Shown piece after piece: positions 28,592-38,153 of a stretch of 64,000 nt of DNA. The notes beneath the pieces are model-generated. The model saw only the letters and a program-made list of their open reading frames with translations, made no database searches and was not told the origin of the DNA. The position numbers and the translations under genes were made by a program. This stretch comes from a virus. Its lineage: Duplodnaviria; Caudoviricetes. Numbering within the stretch: the first letter of the stretch is position 1; every line of letters starts with the position of its first letter. Where the stretch lies: IMG/VR virus record IMGVR_UViG_3300033066_001396, positions 1 through 64,000 of that record. One strand, 5' to 3'.

Positions 28592-30890
28592 TTTGATATA
28601 TTTTAGGCGTGTACGCTTGACTGTATCCGAGGTTGCGCATGGCCATCTCGTATATTTCCCTGGCGTTGTTACTCTTCTTCTTCTGTTGATCTATGTCCCC
28701 TGGATCGAAAACAGTTCCGGCGTCGGCCCTATCCCAGATAGCGTGCAATATCATTGCGCTTATATTATCAAAGTTTCCTTCTCCATAATTAGCTATCTCG
28801 TCGAGTATAAGTAAATCATCTATGTTGTCAATATTTCTGATGGGCAATCCTCCATTATCGTCATCATTCCCTATCTCAGTAGTAAGAAACTCATTCAGAG
28901 CTGTAAGTCCATAGTCTTTTAGCTCAGCGTTGTCTCCCATTTTAATACCTACATTGTATATTGCATTGCCACTAATTTTCATGCTAGACCCCAGGTATGG
29001 AGTAGGGGCCAGAAAACGAGCCTTTTTCTTTGTGCGGCAGTAGCTAGGGAAGTCACCAACATCATCCTCGTGCAGGACGAGTGCATTGTAAAATTCCGCA
29101 GCAAATATGGCTTGCTCGTGTGTCTTGTCTTTTGATCCCGGCCGCCCAGTATATCTTGCCACAACAGTGTTCTGCTTGCCCCTTTTGGATAGATCAAAAA
29201 GCTTCCTGACTATTATGGACGCCATAGACGCGTCGTCAGTTTTGCCGTCACCGTCAGACCGAATGGTATCATATGTTATCCGATACAGTCCTTTTTGGGC
29301 TCCCTTAATAGGCATCTCATAGATAACCCAAGAGTTCTTCTTTGGCTGCTTACTCGTCTGGCTGCTGTAATTATCGATAACCGTTCCCAGGCGGTTTAAG
29401 GTGAAAATAACCTTTCCCTTTTCGTCATAGCTAAAGTCGCCAACGGAACGTACAGGAGGGTCTTCTAACAATCTTACCCGTCGTATGCGCGCTAGGTCAG
29501 AGCACAGCTTACCGCTCTGCGCATCCAAAAACATTTGGCTTGGCCAGTTAGGATTATTGAGCTCGTGATCGCGTATCTCCTGACCAGAAGCGTGGTTCTC
29601 CTCTAACAACTTAACCCGGGCCACAGAAGCGTTATATGCATCCTCGATGATTGTATTTCCATTCTTGTCTTTATATCTTGAGTCAACGTAATAATCAGGC
29701 ATGAAAAGACCAATTAAGGAGTCTGGCTTCTCCCAGTAGTTAGGTATGCCGTAACAGCCAAAACGAGCCGGGTTATAAAATACTGTCTTTGGTCCTTCTA
29801 TCTTCTTCAAGAACCCTGACGTACCTAAGTTTACAGCAATACCCAGCTTAACGCCTTCTGTTTTGTTTTTTAAGGTCTCAGCTTCGGCACCGATAACCGT
29901 AACGATATCATCAATCAAACCAAACTCTTCTCTGATAATGGTAAAGCGCCGGCCACCAACAAATAGTGCCGCATTTTGATACACACCAAACTCCAACGTG
30001 CTACCAGATCCTTTGATTTCTTTGGTAACGGAATCGGTATACTGGTGTTTTACTTCACCATCACCCCATGCACCAACAAGACGACGATATAGTGGGGATG
30101 GAAGTATTATGCCGTCTTTGTTGTATTTACCGGGCATGTTTTTATAAAAATCCAGTATCACGTCAGAGAACCCCTTGACCTTTTTGCTATCTACACTGCC
30201 TATGCCAAATCTGTTGTTATTGACACCGAGATCTCCTATATTTTCCCAGTCCCGTACTCCTCCGGTAAAGAACTCATGACATACGTGACCACCAGCCACC
30301 GCCATTGTCTTGGTACTGTTACGGGCTCCCATAATGGTGGCGTCCATCATGTCGTTCTCGTAAAGTATTTTTCCAAGCGGCTTGCCCTGTGGCTCTTTAA
30401 CCAGGTAGTGCTCTGTGAGGTAATCCCAGGCCCTCACATATTTTTTCATCTTGCCATGCTTATCATATAGGTTGGGGTTACTGTCAAGTTGCTGGCGTTG
30501 AAAATAGTCTAGTTCGACATTTCTCTCTACGTAATCTACCACCAGGTTAGATGTGAAAAACTCGTCCTCGGAATACCCAGAGAACCCATAACAGCAAAGG
30601 AGATAGGTGAATATGATCCACTCTCTATCGGTAAGGGTTAGGAAACTTACCTTTTTGGTATTAAATTTAGTTGTGACTACGCTTCCTACAAATATGTTTA
30701 TTTGCCAGCAAAGCTTAGGCATCATGTGTATCCAGGTGCCTTCGTCATTAATCCATCTACCCTCAATAACATTTCTTATCTGCTGGTCCCAATACTTATC
30801 TCTTTCAAGTAAAGGGACGGCATCGTGATTCCTATTGTAGAACAGTTCACGGTTTTTTATCTGGTATGGAAATATGCTCGCTACTTTCAC
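28578..30890 (-). CDS. terL: Terminase large subunit
   Basis: YWDQQIRNVIEG N-term, Walker A-like GARNSTKT, Walker B TIIREEFG, LGTSG coupling motif, nuclease YRITYD, ARYTGRP, GNFDNISA. Confidence 0.88.
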   Translation of the reverse strand: MKVASIFPYQIKNRELFYNRNHDAVPLLERDKYWDQQIRNVIEGRWINDEGTWIHMMPKLCWQINIFVGSVVTTKFNTKKVSFLTLTDREWIIFTYLLCCYGFSGYSEDEFFTSNLVVDYVERNVELDYFQRQQLDSNPNLYDKHGKMKKYVRAWDYLTEHYLVKEPQGKPLGKILYENDMMDATIMGARNSTKTMAVAGGHVCHEFFTGGVRDWENIGDLGVNNNRFGIGSVDSKKVKGFSDVILDFYKNMPGKYNKDGIILPSPLYRRLVGAWGDGEVKHQYTDSVTKEIKGSGSTLEFGVYQNAALFVGGRRFTIIREEFGLIDDIVTVIGAEAETLKNKTEGVKLGIAVNLGTSGFLKKIEGPKTVFYNPARFGCYGIPNYWEKPDSLIGLFMPDYYVDSRYKDKNGNTIIEDAYNASVARVKLLEENHASGQEIRDHELNNPNWPSQMFLDAQSGKLCSDLARIRRVRLLEDPPVRSVGDFSYDEKGKVIFTLNRLGTVIDNYSSQTSKQPKKNSWVIYEMPIKGAQKGLYRITYDTIRSDGDGKTDDASMASIIVRKLFDLSKRGKQNTVVARYTGRPGSKDKTHEQAIFAAEFYNALVLHEDDVGDFPSYCRTKKKARFLAPTPYLGSSMKISGNAIYNVGIKMGDNAELKDYGLTALNEFLTTEIGNDDDNGGLPIRNIDNIDDLLILDEIANYGEGNFDNISAMILHAIWDRADAGTVFDPGDIDQQKKKSNNAREIYEMAMRNLGYSQAYTPKIYQNATN

Positions 30891-31378
30891 TTACCGACAA
30901 GACCCTGCTCCGCCCGCGACGGAATGTAGTTTCCTATGCCGACTGCTTGATTTAACTGCCTGGCGGCTGTCAAATCTTTCCTGATCTTAAGTAAGTTGCT
31001 TATAGCATCCTTTACCTTGGCCTGTCCCTCCGTTTTAAGCTTAGCGTTCTGAAGAGTAGTGGGGACCTGTGTCTCGTAAAACTGTTCTGTCTTTCTAAGG
31101 TCCCTTAATGTTCTTGCAAAGTCAATTTCTAATTCTGGAACCAGTTCTAAATATTTTTCTTGTTGCTCTATTACATAAGGATCTGTTGGATCAAAATCCG
31201 GATACGCTTTTTTCACGTATTCCAGGCGACGAGCATCGTCAGTCTCCATAGCTATTTCAGAGCGCGGATCATAATACATTTCTATGGCATACATCATATC
31301 ACTACTACCTGACATTGCAACAAACTCATCGTCGAATGCCAGGCATAGAGTAGGATGTTTCTGCCAGAAAGTTTCCAT
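30887..31378 (-). CDS. Hypothetical protein upstream of TerL (possible terminase small subunit)
   Basis: Helical protein with a 4-nt overlap with the TerL start. Confidence 0.45.
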   Translation of the reverse strand: METFWQKHPTLCLAFDDEFVAMSGSSDMMYAIEMYYDPRSEIAMETDDARRLEYVKKAYPDFDPTDPYVIEQQEKYLELVPELEIDFARTLRDLRKTEQFYETQVPTTLQNAKLKTEGQAKVKDAISNLLKIRKDLTAARQLNQAVGIGNYIPSRAEQGLVGK

Positions 31379-31379
31379 T

Positions 31380-33176
31380 TTATCTACAAACCTTAATAGT
31401 TGAATAAACCAGAGAGTCCTTGGTAACTTTTACTACCGAAGTAATTGTACTGTCTTTACAAACTACCGCACCACCGATCGAATAGGCTTTCAAGTCTGCA
31501 ATATGCAAATAAGTTAATCCTCCTATTGCCTGACATTGTATTTTAATATATCTAGCTTTGTTATTAACCGGAATATCTAAAGACTGGTTTGGTTGCAAAT
31601 ACCCGTTTGCTGCATAAATCGGATTTGGTTGGTTGTAATCTCCAATTACCGGAGGCATATCATTGAACAACCAAACCTTTAAATTTCTTATTCGCCCATT
31701 ACAACAGTCAACGCGTGAATAAATTTTTACGTTTCGAATATCTTTTATTGCCCCTAGATCGACATACAGCCATGGTGCAACTTCGGCGTTGGTGTGATTA
31801 AAGGTCCTCATATTGTCATCTACGGCGTTCGAAGCCGGATACCCACCATACTCAGAGCTTTGAAAAGCTTTAGCGCCCTTGGCTATATTAACAGGATTGG
31901 CGGTATCAACAGGGGTAGGAGGAGGTGGGGGTGGAGGTGTTCCGCAATCCATTGGCACACATCCTGAATTCACCGCACTCAGTATCTTAGCTTGTGGGAG
32001 AGGACCAAAGCCATTGGAAAAGTTTATTCCAATAGATGTCAGGTGACAATAACTCATAATGGTTCCTTTTCCCGGCCCAGGTGTCGGTCCCGGTGGGCAC
32101 GACCCTTCCTGGGTATAACAATTGTCGATCGGTCCGCCTGGCCAGGTGCAGCTATGGGTGTGGGGAGAACTAAGGTTGTGTCCCAGTTCATGCGTAATAA
32201 CCTCAACGCTCCACGAAAACGGAATGCTGGCAGCTGGCGTTCCTGGTGCAAATGTGGCATAGTTAAACATTGGTTCAGCTACAGAAAATCTGTAGGCTGG
32301 CGCACAAAGGCCGTTGACATAAGCTATCCCTGACAGGGCGCCGCCATTCATTCCTCGGACTAACTGCGCCAGGTTACCCTTATAAGCTGGATCGTTTACT
32401 CGTCTCTTAGAAAAATCGACAAGGGCTTCCGCTGTGTTCTTTGAATATCCATCAGGGGCAGTCCATACATACATATAGTTGATATTAACTGTAATTCCTG
32501 CAGCAGCATAAATAGATTGGCACCCGGCAAATACTCCAGTGAACCAGTTTACTCCCGCAGCAACCGTACCGAAGTGTTGATATACTTCATAGGTAAGTTC
32601 GTAGTCTATCTTTACGCATGGGTTACCAACCGACTTAACCCTTATCGTGTTTTTTAGCTGAGCCTCTACTGCCCTGATCAGGCTATCGTTTTCCACGGCA
32701 TCACATTTAAAGGTGATATCTCCGTTATTGCTCTGTTCCATTATAATATAATCAGGTCCATATTTCCCTATGTTTAGATTGCCAAGGTCTTTACTGGATA
32801 CCATGCCGGTAATCTCGCCATCCACAATAGATATTGTGACTACCGATGTCGGATCCCCATCTATTGTCCCGCTGAAATACTTTCCGGGTTCATATAATAC
32901 CCGGCCATTGTTTGTCTGAACAGAGAAGTCTTGTGAAAACAGATTAAGTCTTTTAAGGTTTAGGGTAAGAGCCTTCCCATCAAAAGGAACCGCCACATCA
33001 AAGGTATTTAGAGCGGTGGAAGACAGAAAGGCAACACCGGCAGAATCTATCTGCAGTAGCGAATGGGTTCCTATCCCTTCCAGGCTTATCGCGTTTTTTT
33101 CTTTGAATAATAGAACAGGGATGGCCGGATTACAGCCAAAGACCATGATAACGGCCAACAAAAAAAAAGTTTTCAT
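31380..33176 (-). CDS. Lipoprotein metzincin (M12/reprolysin-like) metalloprotease with C-terminal F-type (fucolectin/discoidin) lectin domain
   Basis: Lipobox VFGC; HELGHNLSSPH zinc motif; Met-turn GTIMSYCH; Pro linker; lectin motif H-X26-RVD-CCNG-R. Confidence 0.85.
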   Translation of the reverse strand: MKTFFLLAVIMVFGCNPAIPVLLFKEKNAISLEGIGTHSLLQIDSAGVAFLSSTALNTFDVAVPFDGKALTLNLKRLNLFSQDFSVQTNNGRVLYEPGKYFSGTIDGDPTSVVTISIVDGEITGMVSSKDLGNLNIGKYGPDYIIMEQSNNGDITFKCDAVENDSLIRAVEAQLKNTIRVKSVGNPCVKIDYELTYEVYQHFGTVAAGVNWFTGVFAGCQSIYAAAGITVNINYMYVWTAPDGYSKNTAEALVDFSKRRVNDPAYKGNLAQLVRGMNGGALSGIAYVNGLCAPAYRFSVAEPMFNYATFAPGTPAASIPFSWSVEVITHELGHNLSSPHTHSCTWPGGPIDNCYTQEGSCPPGPTPGPGKGTIMSYCHLTSIGINFSNGFGPLPQAKILSAVNSGCVPMDCGTPPPPPPPTPVDTANPVNIAKGAKAFQSSEYGGYPASNAVDDNMRTFNHTNAEVAPWLYVDLGAIKDIRNVKIYSRVDCCNGRIRNLKVWLFNDMPPVIGDYNQPNPIYAANGYLQPNQSLDIPVNNKARYIKIQCQAIGGLTYLHIADLKAYSIGGAVVCKDSTITSVVKVTKDSLVYSTIKVCR

Positions 33177-33400
33177 GTTTTTTTCCTTTTAAGAAGGTGT
33201 TTTAAATAAAGATATATCAAAAAAAACCAAAACGCAATAAAGATCGCGAACAATATGCATACGCCAACCGCTACCACAAACAACCAGGGATATGTTGGAA
33301 CCCATACCCATTTCCACGGGATATCTACAAAGGTTTTTAACCCTAAAAAGATTAGCTGAACTACAGCATAGGCAACAATTCCTAGTTTTTCATCGCTCAT
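33173..33400 (-). CDS. Small two-TM membrane protein
   Basis: IFLGLK....IPWKWVWVP.. family pattern; hydrophobic. Confidence 0.65.
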   Translation of the reverse strand: MSDEKLGIVAYAVVQLIFLGLKTFVDIPWKWVWVPTYPWLFVVAVGVCILFAIFIAFWFFLIYLYLKHLLKRKKT

Positions 33401-33804
33401 TGAGTCTTTCGTATTGTGCCGTATAGTTCAAGAGTCACATTCGCCTTGTCAGGATTATACACCAGCTGCCCAATATTGTTGGGTACCTTTAGCTTTTTGT
33501 CATCCTCCAAAAACAACCTGATTGTAGCCCAGTAAGGACCACGCTCAACTCCGGTATCTGCCCGGCCTGAGTTAAAGTTAACCTCTATGCCGTCTTCTCT
33601 GATCGAGAATCCATCAGAACAAGGACAGTTGATGATGTAGTCAACTATCTTGCTTCCAAGCTGGTTAGTTGGAATATCACACAGTTCGTTTGGGTTTTTA
33701 AACGGTAAAAACAACTTTACAGTTGCACCAGAAACTAGTTCCCCATAAGACACTTCTGTCGTGAATCGAGTCTTATACTCTGCTGAATTAAACACTTTCT
33801 CCAT
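33397..33804 (-). CDS. Hypothetical protein (Ig-like, CPCS motif)
   Basis: Co-oriented and coupled in the operon. Confidence 0.55.
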   Translation of the reverse strand: MEKVFNSAEYKTRFTTEVSYGELVSGATVKLFLPFKNPNELCDIPTNQLGSKIVDYIINCPCSDGFSIREDGIEVNFNSGRADTGVERGPYWATIRLFLEDDKKLKVPNNIGQLVYNPDKANVTLELYGTIRKTQ

Positions 33805-34219
33805 AGCCTATAATTAATTTTATTTTATATAATAATTTGTTTTTTTTGTAAACTACAGGGTCTCTTTCTACCGCCCCCCACTTGCCAGCGCTGCACTCCG
33901 CGTCAAGGTCATAAGTTTTTTCAGGCATCTTACAACCACAGTCAAGGCACTTGCCGGCCTCAACACACGGTTGACATACTATTTGCCTAACAAGTACTTG
34001 CTCGAGGATGTGGGGCTGAAGAAACATGTCAAAAACCACTCCCTTGACAAAAGATACCCACTTAACAGGACTAACCATGTCTCGTATCCGCATTCCAAAA
34101 AGCATCCAATAACTGTTTCCGTTGTCGCTTTTTTTAAGATGCAGCCGCAGATCCGGATTCCTGGACTCCCACTCCTGTATTAAGCCTGATAATATGACCA
34201 ATAAGACAACAAAGATCAT
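33788..34219 (-). CDS. Cys-cluster protein (CxxC..CxxCGC..C.xGKW)
   Basis: CQPCVEAGKCLDCGC...ECSAGKW. Confidence 0.6.
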   Translation of the reverse strand: MIFVVLLVILSGLIQEWESRNPDLRLHLKKSDNGNSYWMLFGMRIRDMVSPVKWVSFVKGVVFDMFLQPHILEQVLVRQIVCQPCVEAGKCLDCGCKMPEKTYDLDAECSAGKWGAVERDPVVYKKNKLLYKIKLIIGYGESV

Positions 34220-34731
34220 TTTAGCATCATTTCTTTATCCATGACACATTCTATGTATCCGGTGGGTATTAACACCACATAATTTTTGTCGCTTCGTTTC
34301 CTGAATGGCCGATGATCATAACTATACAGTTCAAGGAACTTTATAATATTGACCTCTCCAAGATATTGTGGAGGAAGTTCCCGCTTGTCATTCGGATAGG
34401 CTTTGTTATGATACACAACAGTATCATATTCTGGATTGGGCACAGGTGGCTTGGTAATGTCGTTAGAAAGCTTGATAATGTCTCCGGCCTTAAACTTGGG
34501 AGAGTCTACTAACACCTTGGCAAAAGGAAACATGTTTAGCTTTCCTTTTTTAGAGTCCCCGTTTTCGGAGTCCCCTAAGATGGCGTCCGCCGTAGGGTCT
34601 ATTACTAGACCACTTTCTCTGTATATGAATAACTCCGCCAATACGTAATCGGGAGTTGGTTTTGTCTTAGCCAGCTGTTCAGCCAGGCGGTTGTCTGCAT
34701 CAAACAACCTAAATCGTTCTAATGAATCCAT
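34216..34731 (-). CDS. Divergent GroES-like co-chaperonin
   Basis: KPTPDYVLAE..ESGLVI..AKVL..KFKAGDII follows the GroES pattern P..DRVLV..GGII..G.V..VKVGD. Confidence 0.45.
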   Translation of the reverse strand: MDSLERFRLFDADNRLAEQLAKTKPTPDYVLAELFIYRESGLVIDPTADAILGDSENGDSKKGKLNMFPFAKVLVDSPKFKAGDIIKLSNDITKPPVPNPEYDTVVYHNKAYPNDKRELPPQYLGEVNIIKFLELYSYDHRPFRKRSDKNYVVLIPTGYIECVMDKEMMLK

Positions 34732-34736
34732 TTAGG

Positions 34737-34961
34737 TTATTGGTTTGAGTGGTTAACAACTTCGTTAAAATTCTTGCACACTATTCTTTCAATAGCGCGC
34801 ATAAAGCCCTTGCACTCCTTGGCGTCTCTTATGATTGTCGTGCCAGCGGGGTCGTCATTTTTTACTCCCTTGTTTGTTTCTGGACGCACTGAGCCGTTCG
34901 AGGCGGCTACATAAAGCTCGGTAAGCGCCGTAAGCTCTGGGATCGTCAATTTCTCTGCCAT
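34737..34961 (-). CDS. Hypothetical protein
   Basis: Likely start MAEKLTIPE at 34961; overlaps the end of the IHF-like gene by ~107 nt. Confidence 0.45.
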   Translation of the reverse strand: MAEKLTIPELTALTELYVAASNGSVRPETNKGVKNDDPAGTTIIRDAKECKGFMRAIERIVCKNFNEVVNHSNQ

Positions 34962-35298
34962 TTCTAAACCGTTTTTTGTAGTAATACATCTTCGGGGCAT
35001 ATCCCGAATCAATCAACATTCTTCTAACTACAAGAAGGCGATAGAGCTTGTCCCGTTCTCTAGCACCATTACTTTCCCTTATCTTCTTTATTTCCCGACG
35101 AATAGCCTTATTAACCACCCTGTATTCTGGCCTAAATGTGCCGAAATACTTAATTTTAATAACAGGCATTTCGTCCTGAGACATAAAGAACTTTATGGTG
35201 TACCAGAAGACTTCTACGGCTCTCATGAAGTCTCCGTGTACAAAACCTCTTTCTTTTTCTACCTCTTCAATGATAAAATTTTCAATATCATCGATCAT
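34855..35298 (-). CDS. IHF/HU-like DNA-binding protein
   Basis: IIEEVEKE.G....F..AVEVFW..IK..M...E...IKIKYFGTF; typical of crAss-like head modules. Confidence 0.65.
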   Translation of the reverse strand: MIDDIENFIIEEVEKERGFVHGDFMRAVEVFWYTIKFFMSQDEMPVIKIKYFGTFRPEYRVVNKAIRREIKKIRESNGARERDKLYRLLVVRRMLIDSGYAPKMYYYKKRFRNGREIDDPRAYGAYRALCSRLERLSASRNKQGSKK

Positions 35299-35651
35299 AA
35301 CTTCATATGGTAGTCAACAACTTCTTTTTTCACCATGGCCTTTGCCATATCGAAAAGCACAGGCGGAAAGACAAAGGCCTTTCCGCTAGACTTCATCCAA
35401 TTTGTCTTTTTTATCCTAGTAATATAGGTATATCTGTATCTAACCAAAACCAAGGGGACATTTAGACTAGCTATCCATCCCCTTGAAGGTTTATTTCCTG
35501 ACGCAAAGAACTCTAACATAGCAGAATACAATGATCTTTGTTGTACACTTAACCACTTGCTTCTGTCAACGTTGAGCACCATGTATGTATACACGGCATT
35601 TGCTATTCTCTTTCTTGTATCTACACCAGATATGTCTTTAGTCACTTCCAT
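35295..35651 (-). CDS. Hypothetical, possibly winged-helix DNA-binding protein
   Basis: Preceded by TATATTTG (35660-35667). Confidence 0.55.
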   Translation of the reverse strand: MEVTKDISGVDTRKRIANAVYTYMVLNVDRSKWLSVQQRSLYSAMLEFFASGNKPSRGWIASLNVPLVLVRYRYTYITRIKKTNWMKSSGKAFVFPPVLFDMAKAMVKKEVVDYHMKL

Positions 35652-35691
35652 AACACAGACAAATATATAATCTTTTTGGGATTATACATAC

Positions 35692-35976
35692 TTATGCCGC
35701 CATTTTCCACGGTTTTAAGGCATAACTCCACTTGTCTCCAGCACTCAAGGTCTTAGCCTGAGAGCTTGGATGTGTAGCAAAGATGCCACGCACGATTTGT
35801 AGATAGTTGATGACCGCCCCTACCAATATCATTGTGGCCTGAACAAAGTGCTCAGAGAACAATGCCGGCGCCCAATCTGGCAACCCAACCACCTTGGTTC
35901 CAAGTAAAACCAAAAAGGTTCCAATGCCAATCCAGGCAGAAGTCACCTTGGCCACCCATGCAGGTAAATTTTCCAT
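35692..35976 (-). CDS. Two-TM membrane protein, holin candidate
   Basis: Likely start MENLPAW at 35976; two hydrophobic helices and a basic C-tail; own TATATTTG at 36013-36020. Confidence 0.5.
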   Translation of the reverse strand: MENLPAWVAKVTSAWIGIGTFLVLLGTKVVGLPDWAPALFSEHFVQATMILVGAVINYLQIVRGIFATHPSSQAKTLSAGDKWSYALKPWKMAA

Positions 35977-36028
35977 AATTATTTGTTGTTTTAAATTAAA
36001 AAATATTTCTATCAAATATATACACAAT

Positions 36029-36634
36029 CTAGGATATAACCAGTTTTTTGGTCTTGGCTATCTCATCAATAAACCACTGATCGCTTGGATGCCGGCGCAC
36101 CAGATGACCTTCGTCGTCAACCCCTTTGTTGATCCATTCGAGATACCTTGCAGCCTCTCCCCTCATGTCATCAAATCGCTGTTGGCCCCAAACCTCAATC
36201 ATCATAGACTCCATGGCAGCTACGGTCTCTGGTTTGTCTACATTGTGCCTGTAACAGCATATTCCGCTATTAACCGGATGGGTCCACAGTTGGTATATGT
36301 GTGATTTAGCGTAATAATGAGATACCTGGGCCGTATAAAGTCGGTTTGTAACTCCCTGCAAGAAGGGCTTCCTGTCGATCCAGCAAAAAGATGTCAGTCC
36401 TTTTTTTTGGTAGAAAGGGAATATTTTGGCCCGCCAATGATATTGTAGCTTTGCCTTTAACTTCTCCCGGTCATGGTTGGGAGATATTCGCCTCTTTACA
36501 GCCTGGTAATATTTTTTTTCTTTGCCCTTGCTTTCTTTTATAGAAGCCTTCCATGCTGATATCTTCTCCCGATTGCATTCGTTACAAAAAGCTCCTTCCT
36601 TATAGAAAGATCCATGAACTTCACATACTGGCAT
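36029..36634 (-). CDS. NinG/Rap-like His-Me finger nuclease
   Basis: N-terminal CxxH..CxxC; CWID...VSHYYAK...LWTHPVN..ICCYRHN resembles NinG; TAG stop. Confidence 0.6.
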   Translation of the reverse strand: MPVCEVHGSFYKEGAFCNECNREKISAWKASIKESKGKEKKYYQAVKRRISPNHDREKLKAKLQYHWRAKIFPFYQKKGLTSFCWIDRKPFLQGVTNRLYTAQVSHYYAKSHIYQLWTHPVNSGICCYRHNVDKPETVAAMESMMIEVWGQQRFDDMRGEAARYLEWINKGVDDEGHLVRRHPSDQWFIDEIAKTKKLVIS

Positions 36635-36734
36635 ATTATATCAACCTAACCCTGAAAAGAACTTAATATTCCAATACCAAAAAGAAATACAAATAAAAAA
36701 ACTACTAGCAGCTTTAAATTCAAATATTTATTCA

Positions 36735-37043
36735 TTAAGGATATATTTTTAATTCAAAAAATAGCTGACCCCAACTATCAGTACTTAATAATCCACTAGG
36801 GGTACAATCAAAAACCTCTAGGAACAATTCATTATCTCCATATCGGGTTAATCTCCCAAAAGGAACGCCACTTATAGAGTACCATAGGTTATTACTAATT
36901 ATAGGCTTAGACAATAATATCTTATATTGACCTTTTGATTGATATTCCGTAGCAAAAGTCACCAATGGAGCATTCGTACTTTGAATTACGATTCCTGGTT
37001 TAGAGTTTGACATTGAATATAAGTATCCGGATATTGCTTTCAT
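36735..37043 (-). CDS. Small beta-rich structural-like domain protein
   Basis: Resembles the C-terminal domain of 37051..37551. Confidence 0.55.
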   Translation of the reverse strand: MKAISGYLYSMSNSKPGIVIQSTNAPLVTFATEYQSKGQYKILLSKPIISNNLWYSISGVPFGRLTRYGDNELFLEVFDCTPSGLLSTDSWGQLFFELKIYP

Positions 37044-37050
37044 ATTTTGT

Positions 37051-37551
37051 TTATTGATATACTCTTATTTCAAACGGCACGTTAGTCATCGCATTGTCTG
37101 AATAATTACCTATAAATCCTATTGAAGAAAAAATATAAAAATTATCAGAATCGCCACCACCACTATCTAACGTATAAAAATATACGCCTTGTGATTGAGG
37201 TGATATAAAATACATAGTTTTACTAGGAGGAAAAGCCCCTGTCTTTGTAAGAACATAATTTCCTGGACTTGTTCTTGTAAAATGTCCTGGAAGGATGTTC
37301 AACGTGTTTTCTAACACTGTTGCAGTAGGGGCGTTGGTGCCAGATTGGTTCAACAATGCTGAGAAAACTTTATATAATGAACCACTAGATATCTTCTCAA
37401 TAACTCCATTATTATTCCCCCAATGTTCTAAATCTCCTGTACCTGTATTCCTAAATGTTTGCTGAGTACCAACAGGGAGATCTGCTAAAGTAGGATCAGT
37501 ATTTATAGTGGGAAACTGATATAGATGATCTGAACTTACTATTGATTTCAT
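37051..37551 (-). CDS. Structural-like protein (YKVFSALLNQSGTNAPTATVLENT domain)
   Basis: Domain also echoed in 17522..18688. Confidence 0.6.
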   Translation of the reverse strand: MKSIVSSDHLYQFPTINTDPTLADLPVGTQQTFRNTGTGDLEHWGNNNGVIEKISSGSLYKVFSALLNQSGTNAPTATVLENTLNILPGHFTRTSPGNYVLTKTGAFPPSKTMYFISPQSQGVYFYTLDSGGGDSDNFYIFSSIGFIGNYSDNAMTNVPFEIRVYQ

Positions 37552-37871
37552 CTTTTGTAAATTATGATTGTGGATGCAGATGTTATTCCGCCGAAATAAA
37601 GTTTATAATCATCTTCAGAAAAAGCATTTACAACAAACGTATTCCAGCCTACTACGGTGGCAGTACTGGTCAATACATCTGTACCTCCTGGCGTTGTTCC
37701 TATTGTCAACGCGGCAAGAATTGAATTAGATTTTACTTTTATCATATCTACTTCTGATCCGCCAGATATTTTTAAGTTAAAATCTGTAGCTGTGGTAATC
37801 TTGGAGCGTTTATTACAGCACTCTTTGTCTTCAAGCGCCTTAATCCTTTTTTCTAATTCTAACCAATCCAT
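37548..37871 (-). CDS. Small structural-like protein
   Basis: N-terminal coiled coil LEKRIKALE, then IGTTPGGTDVL. Confidence 0.6.
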   Translation of the reverse strand: MDWLELEKRIKALEDKECCNKRSKITTATDFNLKISGGSEVDMIKVKSNSILAALTIGTTPGGTDVLTSTATVVGWNTFVVNAFSEDDYKLYFGGITSASTIIIYKR

Positions 37872-37886
37872 GTGATTTTATTGTTT

Positions 37887-38153
37887 TTAAAGCTTCAATA
37901 TAACGATTCCTCGCTTATTTGCAAGGATAAGGATGTTAATGTTTAACTGATCCAGGGTTTGGCCGGTTTTTTCAACACATAAGCTGACAAATCTTTTTTT
38001 AAGAGCGGCTGGCTTATCGTATTCTATTACGTAAGTATCTCCTGGGCGCATACGCTCAACATTCGGCCACAGGTCCTCTTTTTTCATCTGAAAATGAGGG
38101 GATCGGGTTGAATGATTGAATTTTATGTCTTTTTCTATTTTAAAGTCAATCAT
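37887..38153 (-). CDS. Hypothetical protein
   Basis: FKIEKDI...MRPGD; upstream TATATTTG at 38237-38244. Confidence 0.55.
   Translation of the reverse strand: MIDFKIEKDIKFNHSTRSPHFQMKKEDLWPNVERMRPGDTYVIEYDKPAALKKRFVSLCVEKTGQTLDQLNINILILANKRGIVILKL

Noticed and set aside
36735-37551. Diversity-generating retroelement acting on the paralogous domains
   Set aside because: No reverse transcriptase and no near-identical TR/VR pair differing at adenines was seen.
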